Assembly: GCA_017958745.1 (NCBI GenBank)
Contig: JAGDCC010000008.1
Location: 1-34,924 of the forward strand
DNA from: a bacterium
Lineage (GTDB): Bacteria > Patescibacteriota > Dojkabacteria > SC72
Reading direction: 5' to 3'
Length of the DNA stretch: 34,924 nt
The notes beneath the pieces were generated by a model, which worked only from the letters and a program-made list of their open reading frames with translations, did no database searches and had not been told where the DNA came from. Shown here in pieces: positions 9,987-18,638 of this stretch. Each line of letters opens with the position of its first letter. The stretch's first letter is position 1. A program made the translations under genes and the position numbers.

Positions 9987-11792
9987 ATGAGCGATTATAA
10001 TTTTTATTCTCAAGGTCAGAAGAAGAAAAATACTGCCAAGATTGCTCTTGTTGTAATTGCCGTGTTGGCTTTTGTTTCTCTTTGTTTTGGTGCTTTTTAT
10101 CTTTACCTTTATAGCGGAGATAAGGAATGTAAATATGTTAAGTATCGTTATAATGTTCTTAATTCTGATTCTTCTGTTAATGAGTTTATAAACGAAACAG
10201 TCCTTTCTGATTGTGATGGAGAAATAAAGTCTAGTAGTAATTTGTTTGTTACTAATGTCTCAAAGGATTCTGATAAGAAGGTAACTATTTCTTATGATGC
10301 AGGACTAAATAGTAAGTCTGGAGAAAGAACAATTATTCTTCCAGCTAAGGAGAAATTGGGTATTGATAAATCTGCGTATGCAGACGATAACGCTTCTCCT
10401 ATGAAGTTAAATATGACATTGGAGATTAGTGATAAGTATAATGAGTTTAAGTCTAAGATTTGTAACAAGTTTAATCTTTCTTCTTGTGTTGTAAATATCA
10501 CATTAAGAGACTGGAGTATTGAAGAAAATAATATTGTTATTACAAAGGACAATTTGGGAGAATATAAAAATTATTTACTGAAATATGGAACTAAGTGGAT
10601 AATGCAGAATATGAATTTCTCAAAGAGTAACAGACTTTATTCTTCCATTGCGTCAATATATGCAAATATTTCTTCTACATTAAAACCTCTAATTAGTGAT
10701 GCATCTTATGTTGAAGAAGTATCCGAATTTCTGAATAGATCTGTGCAGGGAAGAATTCTTAATAACTCTTCTAGTGGACTATCTGCTGTAACATGTTTAG
10801 ATATTGAAGAGATGATTACTAATATAGAAAAGTGCGGTGCAGCTTGCGAAAATGAATTGGGAGATGATTTTATTAGTAAGTTAGAAAAGACATGTGGTGT
10901 ATTTGATTCTTCCTATGTCTCAGATTATACGTTAAAGAGTAGTTTTACTCAGCTATCTCCGTATGTTAGTATGTCTCTTGCATGGAAATCCCATTCTAAT
11001 GATAGAGAATTTTTAGAGACAACATCTCAGATAATCAATGATTTCCTAAGTGATTCTTATTTTTCTGACAATAATCTATATGATACTTATCTTACTTCTG
11101 ATGCTTCTGTCGCTTTGAATATTATTTCTAAGAATGCAGATGCCTGCGGAAGTACTTGTGCAACTATTCTTTCCTCTACTCTTAGCAAATTTAATAAATA
11201 TCTTACTAAAAAAGCTGATAATGAGAGAGAAAATGTTTTTGTTAGCGGTTCTAATTACTTGACAGGAGAGGAGGTTACTTCTGCTGCTGAGGAGGATTAT
11301 TATTTATTGTGGTTAGATGGAAACAGTCTCAAAAGACAGGCTTATCTTTTGTATGAAACAGATAATAAATATACTTCTGCACAGAAGCAGAGTGTTTTGC
11401 TTTATTCTTATTATAATTATATAAACAATCGTTACAAGGATACATTTAAGTATTACGGTGCATATAATGTTGCTGATACTGCACTGGAACTTTATAAGTA
11501 TACGAAAAATCCGATATATTTAGATGAAGTGAATTATATCTACAAGAATGGTGATGCTATGAAATATAATGGGGAAAATGCTAAAGACAATGGATTGATA
11601 GGTTATTTGTCTTACATTAGTTTCTACAATAATTATAAGGATTTGAATAACTTATCTAGTGATGATATGATGAGCTTGGTTGCTAAGAATGCAAATAGAC
11701 TTTTAAGTATTATAGATGAACAACCGGAAGAATATGGTTATACATCTATTTTTACAGATAGCTATTTATTAAATATTATTTCTACATTATAA
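9987..11792 (+). CDS. Membrane-anchored (single N-terminal TM) extracytoplasmic protein, unknown family
   Basis: TM IALVVIAVLAFVSLCFGAFYLYLY followed by about 550 aa rich in N/S/Y. I recognise no motif. The stop lies 4 nt before the next gene. Confidence 0.6.
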   Translation: MSDYNFYSQGQKKKNTAKIALVVIAVLAFVSLCFGAFYLYLYSGDKECKYVKYRYNVLNSDSSVNEFINETVLSDCDGEIKSSSNLFVTNVSKDSDKKVTISYDAGLNSKSGERTIILPAKEKLGIDKSAYADDNASPMKLNMTLEISDKYNEFKSKICNKFNLSSCVVNITLRDWSIEENNIVITKDNLGEYKNYLLKYGTKWIMQNMNFSKSNRLYSSIASIYANISSTLKPLISDASYVEEVSEFLNRSVQGRILNNSSSGLSAVTCLDIEEMITNIEKCGAACENELGDDFISKLEKTCGVFDSSYVSDYTLKSSFTQLSPYVSMSLAWKSHSNDREFLETTSQIINDFLSDSYFSDNNLYDTYLTSDASVALNIISKNADACGSTCATILSSTLSKFNKYLTKKADNERENVFVSGSNYLTGEEVTSAAEEDYYLLWLDGNSLKRQAYLLYETDNKYTSAQKQSVLLYSYYNYINNRYKDTFKYYGAYNVADTALELYKYTKNPIYLDEVNYIYKNGDAMKYNGENAKDNGLIGYLSYISFYNNYKDLNNLSSDDMMSLVAKNANRLLSIIDEQPEEYGYTSIFTDSYLLNIISTL

Positions 11793-11796
11793 AAAT

Positions 11797-14700
11797 ATGA
11801 GAAAATATCTATTAAACATAACCATTGTTGTATTTACTGTTTTTTTGTTATTTCTTTTTAGTGGAAATGATGTTTATGCAGGAGTTGTAACTGTCCCATG
11901 TACGGCTTCTTGTGGATCGGGAGGTGGAACCTCTCAGCCTGTAGGTGGTAGTCCTGGTGATGTTACGACAGGTGAATACGCAGAAAATTATCAATGTAGA
12001 TGTGAATCTTGTAATGGAGGGAATGGAAATGCGACACAAACTCCTGGTGTATGTCCTGCTTGTACTGGTAACTGTACTAGTGCAACAATTTGTACTTCAT
12101 ATGTTTGGGTAATGGATTGTTATACAGATGCAGAAGGTAATATAACAAGTTGTGGCCCTTGTTATCCGGTTTGCCAGAATTATATATGTCAGGAATGTTG
12201 CTGTGAATGTGAAAATCCGTGTCCAGAAAAACCAACGTGTGGTCCAGAACCGTTTTATGAAGAAGGTTGGGTTTGGACAGGTGAGTATATAACAACTAAG
12301 TCAACCTATCCTGGTTGTGAATCTTGTAACTGTCATTGTGATCCATGGGAGTTAATATGTAAGGAAAAAAAATATGAGCCAATTATAATTCCAGAATGTG
12401 GTAATGGTATCCGAGATGCAGGAGAGCAGTGCGATCCTGTATTAGATGGCCCATCATGTTCTGCTAATTGTACATGGGCGAAGAAAAACTGCGGTGATAG
12501 TGTATGGCAATATGATGAGTATTGTGAGAAAGGTGATCCTGTTGGTGTACATGTTGCTTGGGATTCAAAAGAGTGTGACCAGAGTAAATGTGAGCCAAAG
12601 AAGGAGAAGGATGACGGTTTCTGTGGTGATGGTATTATTGATGCTGGGGAAGAGTGTGATCCTGGTAAGGATGGAACTGGTAATCGTGATACCTCTTGTA
12701 CGGCTGATTGTAAGCGAGCCAATGATGCTCCTTATTGTGGAAATGGGCAAGTAGATAATGGTGAAGTATGTGATTATTCTGCACCAGGTTACGATAGAGA
12801 AAATTGTACTGAAGAGTGTGAACCATGTGACCATTGTGTTTGTGAAGATTTGGAGTGTGATGTAGAGAAAGAAAGTGCCTATAGATCTACTGTACAGTTC
12901 TCCCCTTTTAATAAAAACAATATTAACAATTATAAATATGAGGTAAAAGGTTGGTCTGGAATAACGACATTTAATCCAACAATAGTAACAGCCACTTATT
13001 ATAATTTAACTACAAGTAATTATCAGAATCTTGAGGCTCTGTATTTCTGGATGGCAGAAGTTGGGGAAAGTATGGATGGAGGAATTCAGTTCTTAAATGA
13101 TTCAGTATCTGTCTCTCAGGGAAGCTTAAAGAGTAATAACAACTTTGGTTTTATGCTAAAGAAAACATACACATCCTGTCCAAGTGGAAAATCTTGTCTA
13201 AGCAATGAGTGGAAGAGTGGTAATAAAGGTAATTATGAAATATATCTTCCACAAAAGAAGGGTTCTTATGGACTTGAATGGGTTAAGTATGATGATAAAG
13301 GCTTGAACAGTTCTTTCTATATCTATGGTGCAAATGGTAAAAAAATGGTTCTTATAGAGATAGAAAATATAGAATATGACACAGATAAAACTTCTTATAA
13401 AGAAAAGGTAAAGCTTGTATTTAAGATGACATTCTTAAACTCTGATAATTTGCCAAGTGGAGTTGGTCCTGGAGAATATGAGCAGGTTCCTTCTGCAAAA
13501 TATCAGGTTTATAGTATGGCATTGAATGAATGGATGTTTACGACCAAGAGGTATTATGAGAGATATAAGAATGTTGCAAATGATGTTCCAAGAAATCTGA
13601 GTGAAAGTGTTACTACTGTTGGGCCAGATGGTAAGCCAGTTGCAGGCTCTTATCCAGTTGCTTTGAATAAATTGAAGGATAATGAGATAAGAAATTGGGA
13701 AGCAAGTCATTACAGAAAGAATGGATTATGGGGTGTAGATTTAGACTCTCCTGTTGTTGGGAATTTTACAAGTGGAAGTGGTAATGCACTTGTAATTGTA
13801 GGTAATTCTGGTTCTACAGTTAATGCGAACTGGAAGGCAACGGATATAGGTTCTGGTGTTGTTTATTCTGTAATGAATGGTTATCGTATTCTTGATGACA
13901 GTGAGGTAGATGACCAGACACTTTTGCGTAATGCTCCTATTACATATAAAAAGGTTCGAAGTAGTGGAACAATAGAAAGAACAGGAGTTTTAACTTTGCA
14001 AAAAGATTATGATGAATCTAAGATAGGATTTGTTAAAGTTGCTGTATTTCCAGACACAATCTGGAGTAAAAAAGAGGTTACTGAGGAAACAAGCAAGAAT
14101 AATTATTTAACTTATCCAACTGAAGTAGAGAAATCTTCTGATGAGATTAATTTGGGGAATAATAGGGGAGGAACAATTAGGTTATTCTTAACAGTCTTTG
14201 ACCAAGCAGGTAATACTATGCAGACTACAGTTACGTATGGTCTTTCAGAGTGGATACAAACTGCTGGTGGATTATTCTATTCCAAGGAAGGTACTAACTT
14301 TAATACAAGAGTATTTAAAGGTGATTCTGAACTATGGACTGGTAATATGAAATCTTTGTTTAATCGCTATAATATAACAGAAAAAACAACAAATATTGCT
14401 ACCGAGGTTATGGCAACTTCCTCTGATAAAACAACATCTCTTTATAAGTTATCTAGTGCTACAGATACTGCACAATTTTATAAATATGCTGGTTTGGATA
14501 CAGATAAAATGTTTAGTACTTATACAAGCCAAATGTTGCAAACATATAGATCCTATGTTCAAACAGAGAATGGCTCCAATCCAACTACTGGTGCAGTATG
14601 GAAATCATGTGAGGCTGGAGAGGGTAAATGTTCTGAGACTTGGACAGGAAGGGTTACAACTATTTCTGGTTTAAATAGTATTTTTAATAATAATAGAAAT

Positions 14701-15297
14701 GCTGCAGCTGGGTATTATGTAGATGGAGATTTAACAATAGGAGAGAATTCTAAAAGTAGTACGTTTGTTTGTGATGGTAGAGTAGTAGTTGTTGTTAACG
14801 GTAGGTTAAATATATATCCTAACATTACTAATGAGAATCCTACAAATGCTTGTGTGTTTATAGCACGAGGAGATGTACATATTTATGGAGGAAAAGATAG
14901 TACGACAGATTATAAAGACAGTTTTGATGGTACTGGATTTTCTTCTAATGCAAACCTCGTAGCTGATGAATTGCATGCATTTATTCTTACAGATGGTGTA
15001 ATTGTACTTGAGAAGGAGGAACAAACCTCTTTGCAGGATCCTTTATTTGTAGAGGGTGGGTTAGTATCTTTCACCAAGAGCTTGGATGATTATGCGAAAT
15101 CAAGTGATAGCGATGAGTATCAAATAAAGGAAGTAAGTTCTAGTATCGTTTTAAGAAGAGTCTTGGATGTTACAGATAGAAATATGTATCCTGTTCTTTC
15201 TGTTGTACAAAATCCTAAATATGGAAAAGCAGTAGAGGAAGTACTTGGTGCAGTAAGATTAGTTTACCAAACAGAAGTAGGATTCAAGGTTTATTAA
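11797..15297 (+). CDS. Giant secreted protein: Sec signal peptide, ~45-Cys module with three CGNGxxDxGExCD repeats, large C-terminal domain
   Basis: Signal peptide MRKYLLNITIVVFTVFLLFLFSGNDVYA|G. The Cys-rich module spans about 11899-12861. The remaining ~800 aa are Cys-poor and beta-rich by eye. Confidence 0.8.
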   Translation: MRKYLLNITIVVFTVFLLFLFSGNDVYAGVVTVPCTASCGSGGGTSQPVGGSPGDVTTGEYAENYQCRCESCNGGNGNATQTPGVCPACTGNCTSATICTSYVWVMDCYTDAEGNITSCGPCYPVCQNYICQECCCECENPCPEKPTCGPEPFYEEGWVWTGEYITTKSTYPGCESCNCHCDPWELICKEKKYEPIIIPECGNGIRDAGEQCDPVLDGPSCSANCTWAKKNCGDSVWQYDEYCEKGDPVGVHVAWDSKECDQSKCEPKKEKDDGFCGDGIIDAGEECDPGKDGTGNRDTSCTADCKRANDAPYCGNGQVDNGEVCDYSAPGYDRENCTEECEPCDHCVCEDLECDVEKESAYRSTVQFSPFNKNNINNYKYEVKGWSGITTFNPTIVTATYYNLTTSNYQNLEALYFWMAEVGESMDGGIQFLNDSVSVSQGSLKSNNNFGFMLKKTYTSCPSGKSCLSNEWKSGNKGNYEIYLPQKKGSYGLEWVKYDDKGLNSSFYIYGANGKKMVLIEIENIEYDTDKTSYKEKVKLVFKMTFLNSDNLPSGVGPGEYEQVPSAKYQVYSMALNEWMFTTKRYYERYKNVANDVPRNLSESVTTVGPDGKPVAGSYPVALNKLKDNEIRNWEASHYRKNGLWGVDLDSPVVGNFTSGSGNALVIVGNSGSTVNANWKATDIGSGVVYSVMNGYRILDDSEVDDQTLLRNAPITYKKVRSSGTIERTGVLTLQKDYDESKIGFVKVAVFPDTIWSKKEVTEETSKNNYLTYPTEVEKSSDEINLGNNRGGTIRLFLTVFDQAGNTMQTTVTYGLSEWIQTAGGLFYSKEGTNFNTRVFKGDSELWTGNMKSLFNRYNITEKTTNIATEVMATSSDKTTSLYKLSSATDTAQFYKYAGLDTDKMFSTYTSQMLQTYRSYVQTENGSNPTTGAVWKSCEAGEGKCSETWTGRVTTISGLNSIFNNNRNAAAGYYVDGDLTIGENSKSSTFVCDGRVVVVVNGRLNIYPNITNENPTNACVFIARGDVHIYGGKDSTTDYKDSFDGTGFSSNANLVADELHAFILTDGVIVLEKEEQTSLQDPLFVEGGLVSFTKSLDDYAKSSDSDEYQIKEVSSSIVLRRVLDVTDRNMYPVLSVVQNPKYGKAVEEVLGAVRLVYQTEVGFKVY
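12397..12774 (+). repeat. Three copies of a cysteine-rich repeat (CGNGIRDAGEQCD / CGDGIIDAGEECD / CGNGQVDNGEVCD)
   Basis: Copies at 12397-12435, 12622-12660 and 12736-12774. They resemble the Myxococcus-type cysteine-rich repeat (TIGR02232/DUF4215), from memory. Confidence 0.6.
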
Positions 15298-15315
15298 TAT
15301 GCAATGGCATATTAA
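15294..15315. terminator. Bidirectional hairpin between convergent genes
   Basis: ttaatatgc (15294-15302) / gcatattaa (15307-15315), loop aatg. The left arm contains the TAA of the 1166-aa gene, and the right arm abuts the TAA (15316-15318, minus strand) of the 81-aa gene. Confidence 0.55.
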
Positions 15316-15561
15316 TTAAACACCTCTAAAAGGGTTGCTGATGGATAATGCAGACACAGCAACCTTTTCTTTAGGGTTGGCAATGTCTTTGGCTATGCTT
15401 ACTTTTTCCGTATTTTTTCTTTCTGCATCTTGTATGAGAGAAAGGTCATCATTTAATTGTTGTGTGTTGTTGGTGGATACGGAATTTCCAAAAATGCTGT
15501 TATCTATAACTGGTGTAGCATTTGCTATGTCTTTTGATGTCTTGTTAAAAATTATTCCCAT
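15316..15561 (-). CDS. Small hydrophilic protein (81 aa), last gene of the VirB4 module
   Basis: The ATG overlaps the VirB4 3' end by 17 nt. There is no TM and no recognisable motif. Confidence 0.45.
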   Translation of the reverse strand: MGIIFNKTSKDIANATPVIDNSIFGNSVSTNNTQQLNDDLSLIQDAERKNTEKVSIAKDIANPKEKVAVSALSISNPFRGV

Positions 15562-18013
15562 TGTTTACCTCCTCCTCTTCTTCTGGGATAGCACTTCCTG
15601 TCGCATGATAGACTCCCTTTTGTGTTTCTCTTCTAGATTTCACAACTTGTGCGCTTATAGAACCTTCATCTAACTCAGTTAGGAAGTCTTTTTGGTATTT
15701 GTATCTCTCTGGATTTCTCTCCATATCCTGCTGTCTTAGTCTTTCTTCCAGTTCTCTCTTATACTGTTCCCTCTCTTTGTTTAAAGATTCCTCTTGAGAT
15801 TCTGTCTTTGCAATTGCACCTTGAATAATTTGTTCCTGTCTTTTAGTGTTTATACCAGATTTTGCTTGACTTACCTCTGGAGCGTAAACTTGTGCAAGCT
15901 CTTCTATCGTTCTTGTATCTGGTAGCCCTTTTCTAGCCTCTAGCTTTTCTAAATCCTTTGGGATTGATGTAACAATTTCATGCTCTGCAACGCTTGCTAA
16001 GACCTGTATTCCAACATGGCTTGCACCAGCAAAGAACAAACCTTGTCCAATATCTGCATTCTGTAGGAAAAATTTCTCTCCATCCGAGAGATTAAAGACA
16101 TCTTGTAGTCTTTGAACAGATGTTGATGTCTGCTTCATAAGCATCTGTAAGGAAGAGTTTGTAATGATAGCTCTCCCCATATCGTTATTAAGAAAATCTT
16201 CTACATCCTGTGAAATTGTTGTCAAACCAAGATAATACTTTCTAGCTCTCTTTGCAATTGAATACATAAACTCTGCGGATTCTTTTGATAACATCATGTA
16301 CCAAGCCTCATCTACAATAAGAATTCTTCTCTTTCTATCTTTTCTAACCTTTGTCCAAATAAAATCCAACATAAGGTACATAGCCATAGGTTTTAGCTCA
16401 TCTTGCAAATCTCTTATACTAAAGACAGTAAGAGGATTGTTTATTTCGAAATTGGTTTCCTCATTAAAAACTCCCGCACTGCTACCCATGATGTATCTTT
16501 CTAATCTATTCGCAAGACCTCTAGCCTCTGGTTCTGCCATACCTTTAAGTACCTTGTATAAATCTTCAAGCATAGGTGGTCTTCCGTTTTGAGTTCTTGG
16601 GTCGAAAGTAATACCTTTTTCTCTGTATGTAAGAATGAGTGCTTTGTCTAGAATAGAACCTTCTATATTAGATACTCCACCGTATAGTATTCTTAAAAAT
16701 CCTTGTAAGGATAGAAGCTTTGTTCTTAACTCGTCATCACCTTCTTCTGTTGCACCTGAAAGCTCGAATGGATTCATTTTATTTCCTTTATCTTGAGAGA
16801 AAGAAATATATGCACCATTTACAGCTCGTGCTAAGTTTTCGTATTCTTTTTCTGGGTCTATAATGATTATTTCTGTTCCAAGCATCAAGCTTCTGATTGC
16901 TTCTAATTTGACAAAATAACTCTTTCCTGAACCAGATTTAGCAAAGACAACAGTATTTGCATTTTCTAATTCGAAACGATCAAAGATAACAAGACTCTTG
17001 TTGTGCTGATTTAATCCATACATGATTCCGTGATCCATTGTTAACTCAGATGTAACAAATGGAAATGTGGTAGCAAGTGAGGTAGTATCCATATTTCTTG
17101 TTATGTAAAGATTGTCTATTCCACATGGCTCACTAGACACAAAAGCCTGCTCTTGCATAAGTGTTGCTGGTTTTGCAGTTACGTTCATAGCTGCTAGAGT
17201 AGAGATTACGTTTCTAGATATTTTTTCCAATGCTTCCATACTATTGGCATACATTGTGATGTACATAGCGAAGTGGAAAAACTTTTCTGTACCTTCTGCG
17301 ATAGAATCCTGCAATTGTTGTGCATCTGATAGCGCGACTTTTAGAGATGGATCTACTACTTTTCTGTCCTCCATTTGACCGTAAAGAGTAGCTTCCATTT
17401 CTCCTATCTTCTTTTTTAATTTGTCTAAAACAGTCTTAGAATCTACTGGGTAGTAAAATGTGCTGATACGTAAGGAATGTTCAAAATTGATGATTGGGGA
17501 AAGCCAGTTAGGACCTACAAACCTTGGGTAACCATCAACAAATACTGTCTTAAAGTAATAATCTCCCATCTGTAAATGATTAAAATCAATTTCCATGTCT
17601 ATAGGAGCAATTAAATCCTGTATAGAAACATTCTGTGTATCGGCTATTTCCAAAGGCCTTTCTGGTGGTATTTGTTCTTTTTCTTGGTTAGCTTCTTCTG
17701 CTTTTTTGGTTGTATTGGAACTACTGTTGTTTTTCTTGCTGTTTGCCTCTGCAAGTTTATCTAATAATGCAAATAAAGGGTTTTTATTGGTTTTCTTCTT
17801 TTCTTCTTCAACAAGAATATCTTTGCTTTTAGCTTTGCTACTACTATCATCTCCTTTTTTATCTCTTACTTCTTGAATTATTTCCGATTCTGCTTTGTTG
17901 AATTCTGCAATTTTATCTCCAGCAGATTGAAGACCTCTAGCTCCGTCATTAAGCATTGTTGTTGTCTGACTTGTAAATGTTCTATTGTAATTATTTGAAC
18001 TCATGTCTTCCAT
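15545..18013 (-). CDS. virB4: VirB4/TraC/PrgJ-family type IV secretion ATPase
   Basis: Walker A VFAKSGSGKSYF and Walker B RRILIVDEAWYMM. VirB4-type N-domain (HLQMGDYYFKTVFVDGYPRFVGPNWLSPII...LRISTFYYP). K/E/S-rich N- and C-terminal extensions. Confidence 0.85.
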   Translation of the reverse strand: MEDMSSNNYNRTFTSQTTTMLNDGARGLQSAGDKIAEFNKAESEIIQEVRDKKGDDSSSKAKSKDILVEEEKKKTNKNPLFALLDKLAEANSKKNNSSSNTTKKAEEANQEKEQIPPERPLEIADTQNVSIQDLIAPIDMEIDFNHLQMGDYYFKTVFVDGYPRFVGPNWLSPIINFEHSLRISTFYYPVDSKTVLDKLKKKIGEMEATLYGQMEDRKVVDPSLKVALSDAQQLQDSIAEGTEKFFHFAMYITMYANSMEALEKISRNVISTLAAMNVTAKPATLMQEQAFVSSEPCGIDNLYITRNMDTTSLATTFPFVTSELTMDHGIMYGLNQHNKSLVIFDRFELENANTVVFAKSGSGKSYFVKLEAIRSLMLGTEIIIIDPEKEYENLARAVNGAYISFSQDKGNKMNPFELSGATEEGDDELRTKLLSLQGFLRILYGGVSNIEGSILDKALILTYREKGITFDPRTQNGRPPMLEDLYKVLKGMAEPEARGLANRLERYIMGSSAGVFNEETNFEINNPLTVFSIRDLQDELKPMAMYLMLDFIWTKVRKDRKRRILIVDEAWYMMLSKESAEFMYSIAKRARKYYLGLTTISQDVEDFLNNDMGRAIITNSSLQMLMKQTSTSVQRLQDVFNLSDGEKFFLQNADIGQGLFFAGASHVGIQVLASVAEHEIVTSIPKDLEKLEARKGLPDTRTIEELAQVYAPEVSQAKSGINTKRQEQIIQGAIAKTESQEESLNKEREQYKRELEERLRQQDMERNPERYKYQKDFLTELDEGSISAQVVKSRRETQKGVYHATGSAIPEEEEEVNNGNNF

Positions 18014-18014
18014 T

Positions 18015-18638
18015 TTAGTCTTCTGTTGGATTATATATAGAATAAAACTCTGTAATTAACTCTTTATTTGTTAGCTGGTGGCCAGTTAATCCCATTCTTC
18101 CTAACTGCTTCAAAATATGATCTCTTTTAGGATATAGGTAAATCTTTGCTTTTTCTAGTACTGTCTCCAAGTTTTGTTCTTGTGCACTATCTGAATCTTT
18201 CTTTCCACCAAGTGGATTAATTGTTGACATGGAGGTATATGTGTAAGGAATAACAATGAAGAAGCTTTTATCCAATACCTCATTCTGGATAATTAATTTC
18301 TGTACAAAAACTGTGTATATATCTAGCTGTTTCCTAAGACCATCGCTCATAGCTCTTTGTTTTTGCTCGTCAAGATAATCAAGGTAATTGCTAATATCTA
18401 TTCTTTTTGTTCTAATGAGAATCTGTATTCTAAAACTAAGAGAATTAAGAAGTCCTGCAAAAGCATAGATCTTATTGTCTTGTTCATAATCTGCAAGAAG
18501 CTCAAAGTTAATAGAAGATGTCTGTATTACCATACTGACACTACCGTTCTTATTTACTACTAAATCATCTGCAATCTGTTTTACTGCAAGACTGTCTTGT
18601 GTAGAAGCTTTTGCTCTTGCTCTTGCGTTTCTATCCAT
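18015..18638 (-). CDS. Hypothetical T4SS-associated protein resembling a stand-alone VirB4 N-terminal domain
   Basis: SLAVKQIADDLVVNKNGSVSMVIQTSSINFELLADYEQDNKIYAFAGLLNSLSFRIQILIRT resembles the N-terminus of Gram-positive VirB4-like ATPases, by eye. The stop lies 1 nt before the VirB4 ATG, and the start overlaps the PrgI-like gene by 8 nt. Confidence 0.45.
   Translation of the reverse strand: MDRNARARAKASTQDSLAVKQIADDLVVNKNGSVSMVIQTSSINFELLADYEQDNKIYAFAGLLNSLSFRIQILIRTKRIDISNYLDYLDEQKQRAMSDGLRKQLDIYTVFVQKLIIQNEVLDKSFFIVIPYTYTSMSTINPLGGKKDSDSAQEQNLETVLEKAKIYLYPKRDHILKQLGRMGLTGHQLTNKELITEFYSIYNPTED

Noticed and set aside
12333-12754. 129-aa minus and 102-aa plus alternative-frame ORFs inside the Cys-rich gene
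   Set aside because: The region is locally less AT-rich, so stop codons are rarer in all frames. The repeat structure (CGNG..D.GE.CD x3) is coherent only in the main frame.
14866-14874. RGD tripeptide in the 1166-aa exoprotein
   Set aside because: A three-residue motif is expected by chance in a protein this long, and there is no supporting context.
15259-15294. C-terminal LVYQTEVGFKVY resembling an outer-membrane beta-barrel/BAM signature
   Set aside because: An alternating hydrophobic pattern with a terminal aromatic residue is weak evidence on its own. No other outer-membrane biogenesis genes are visible in the window.
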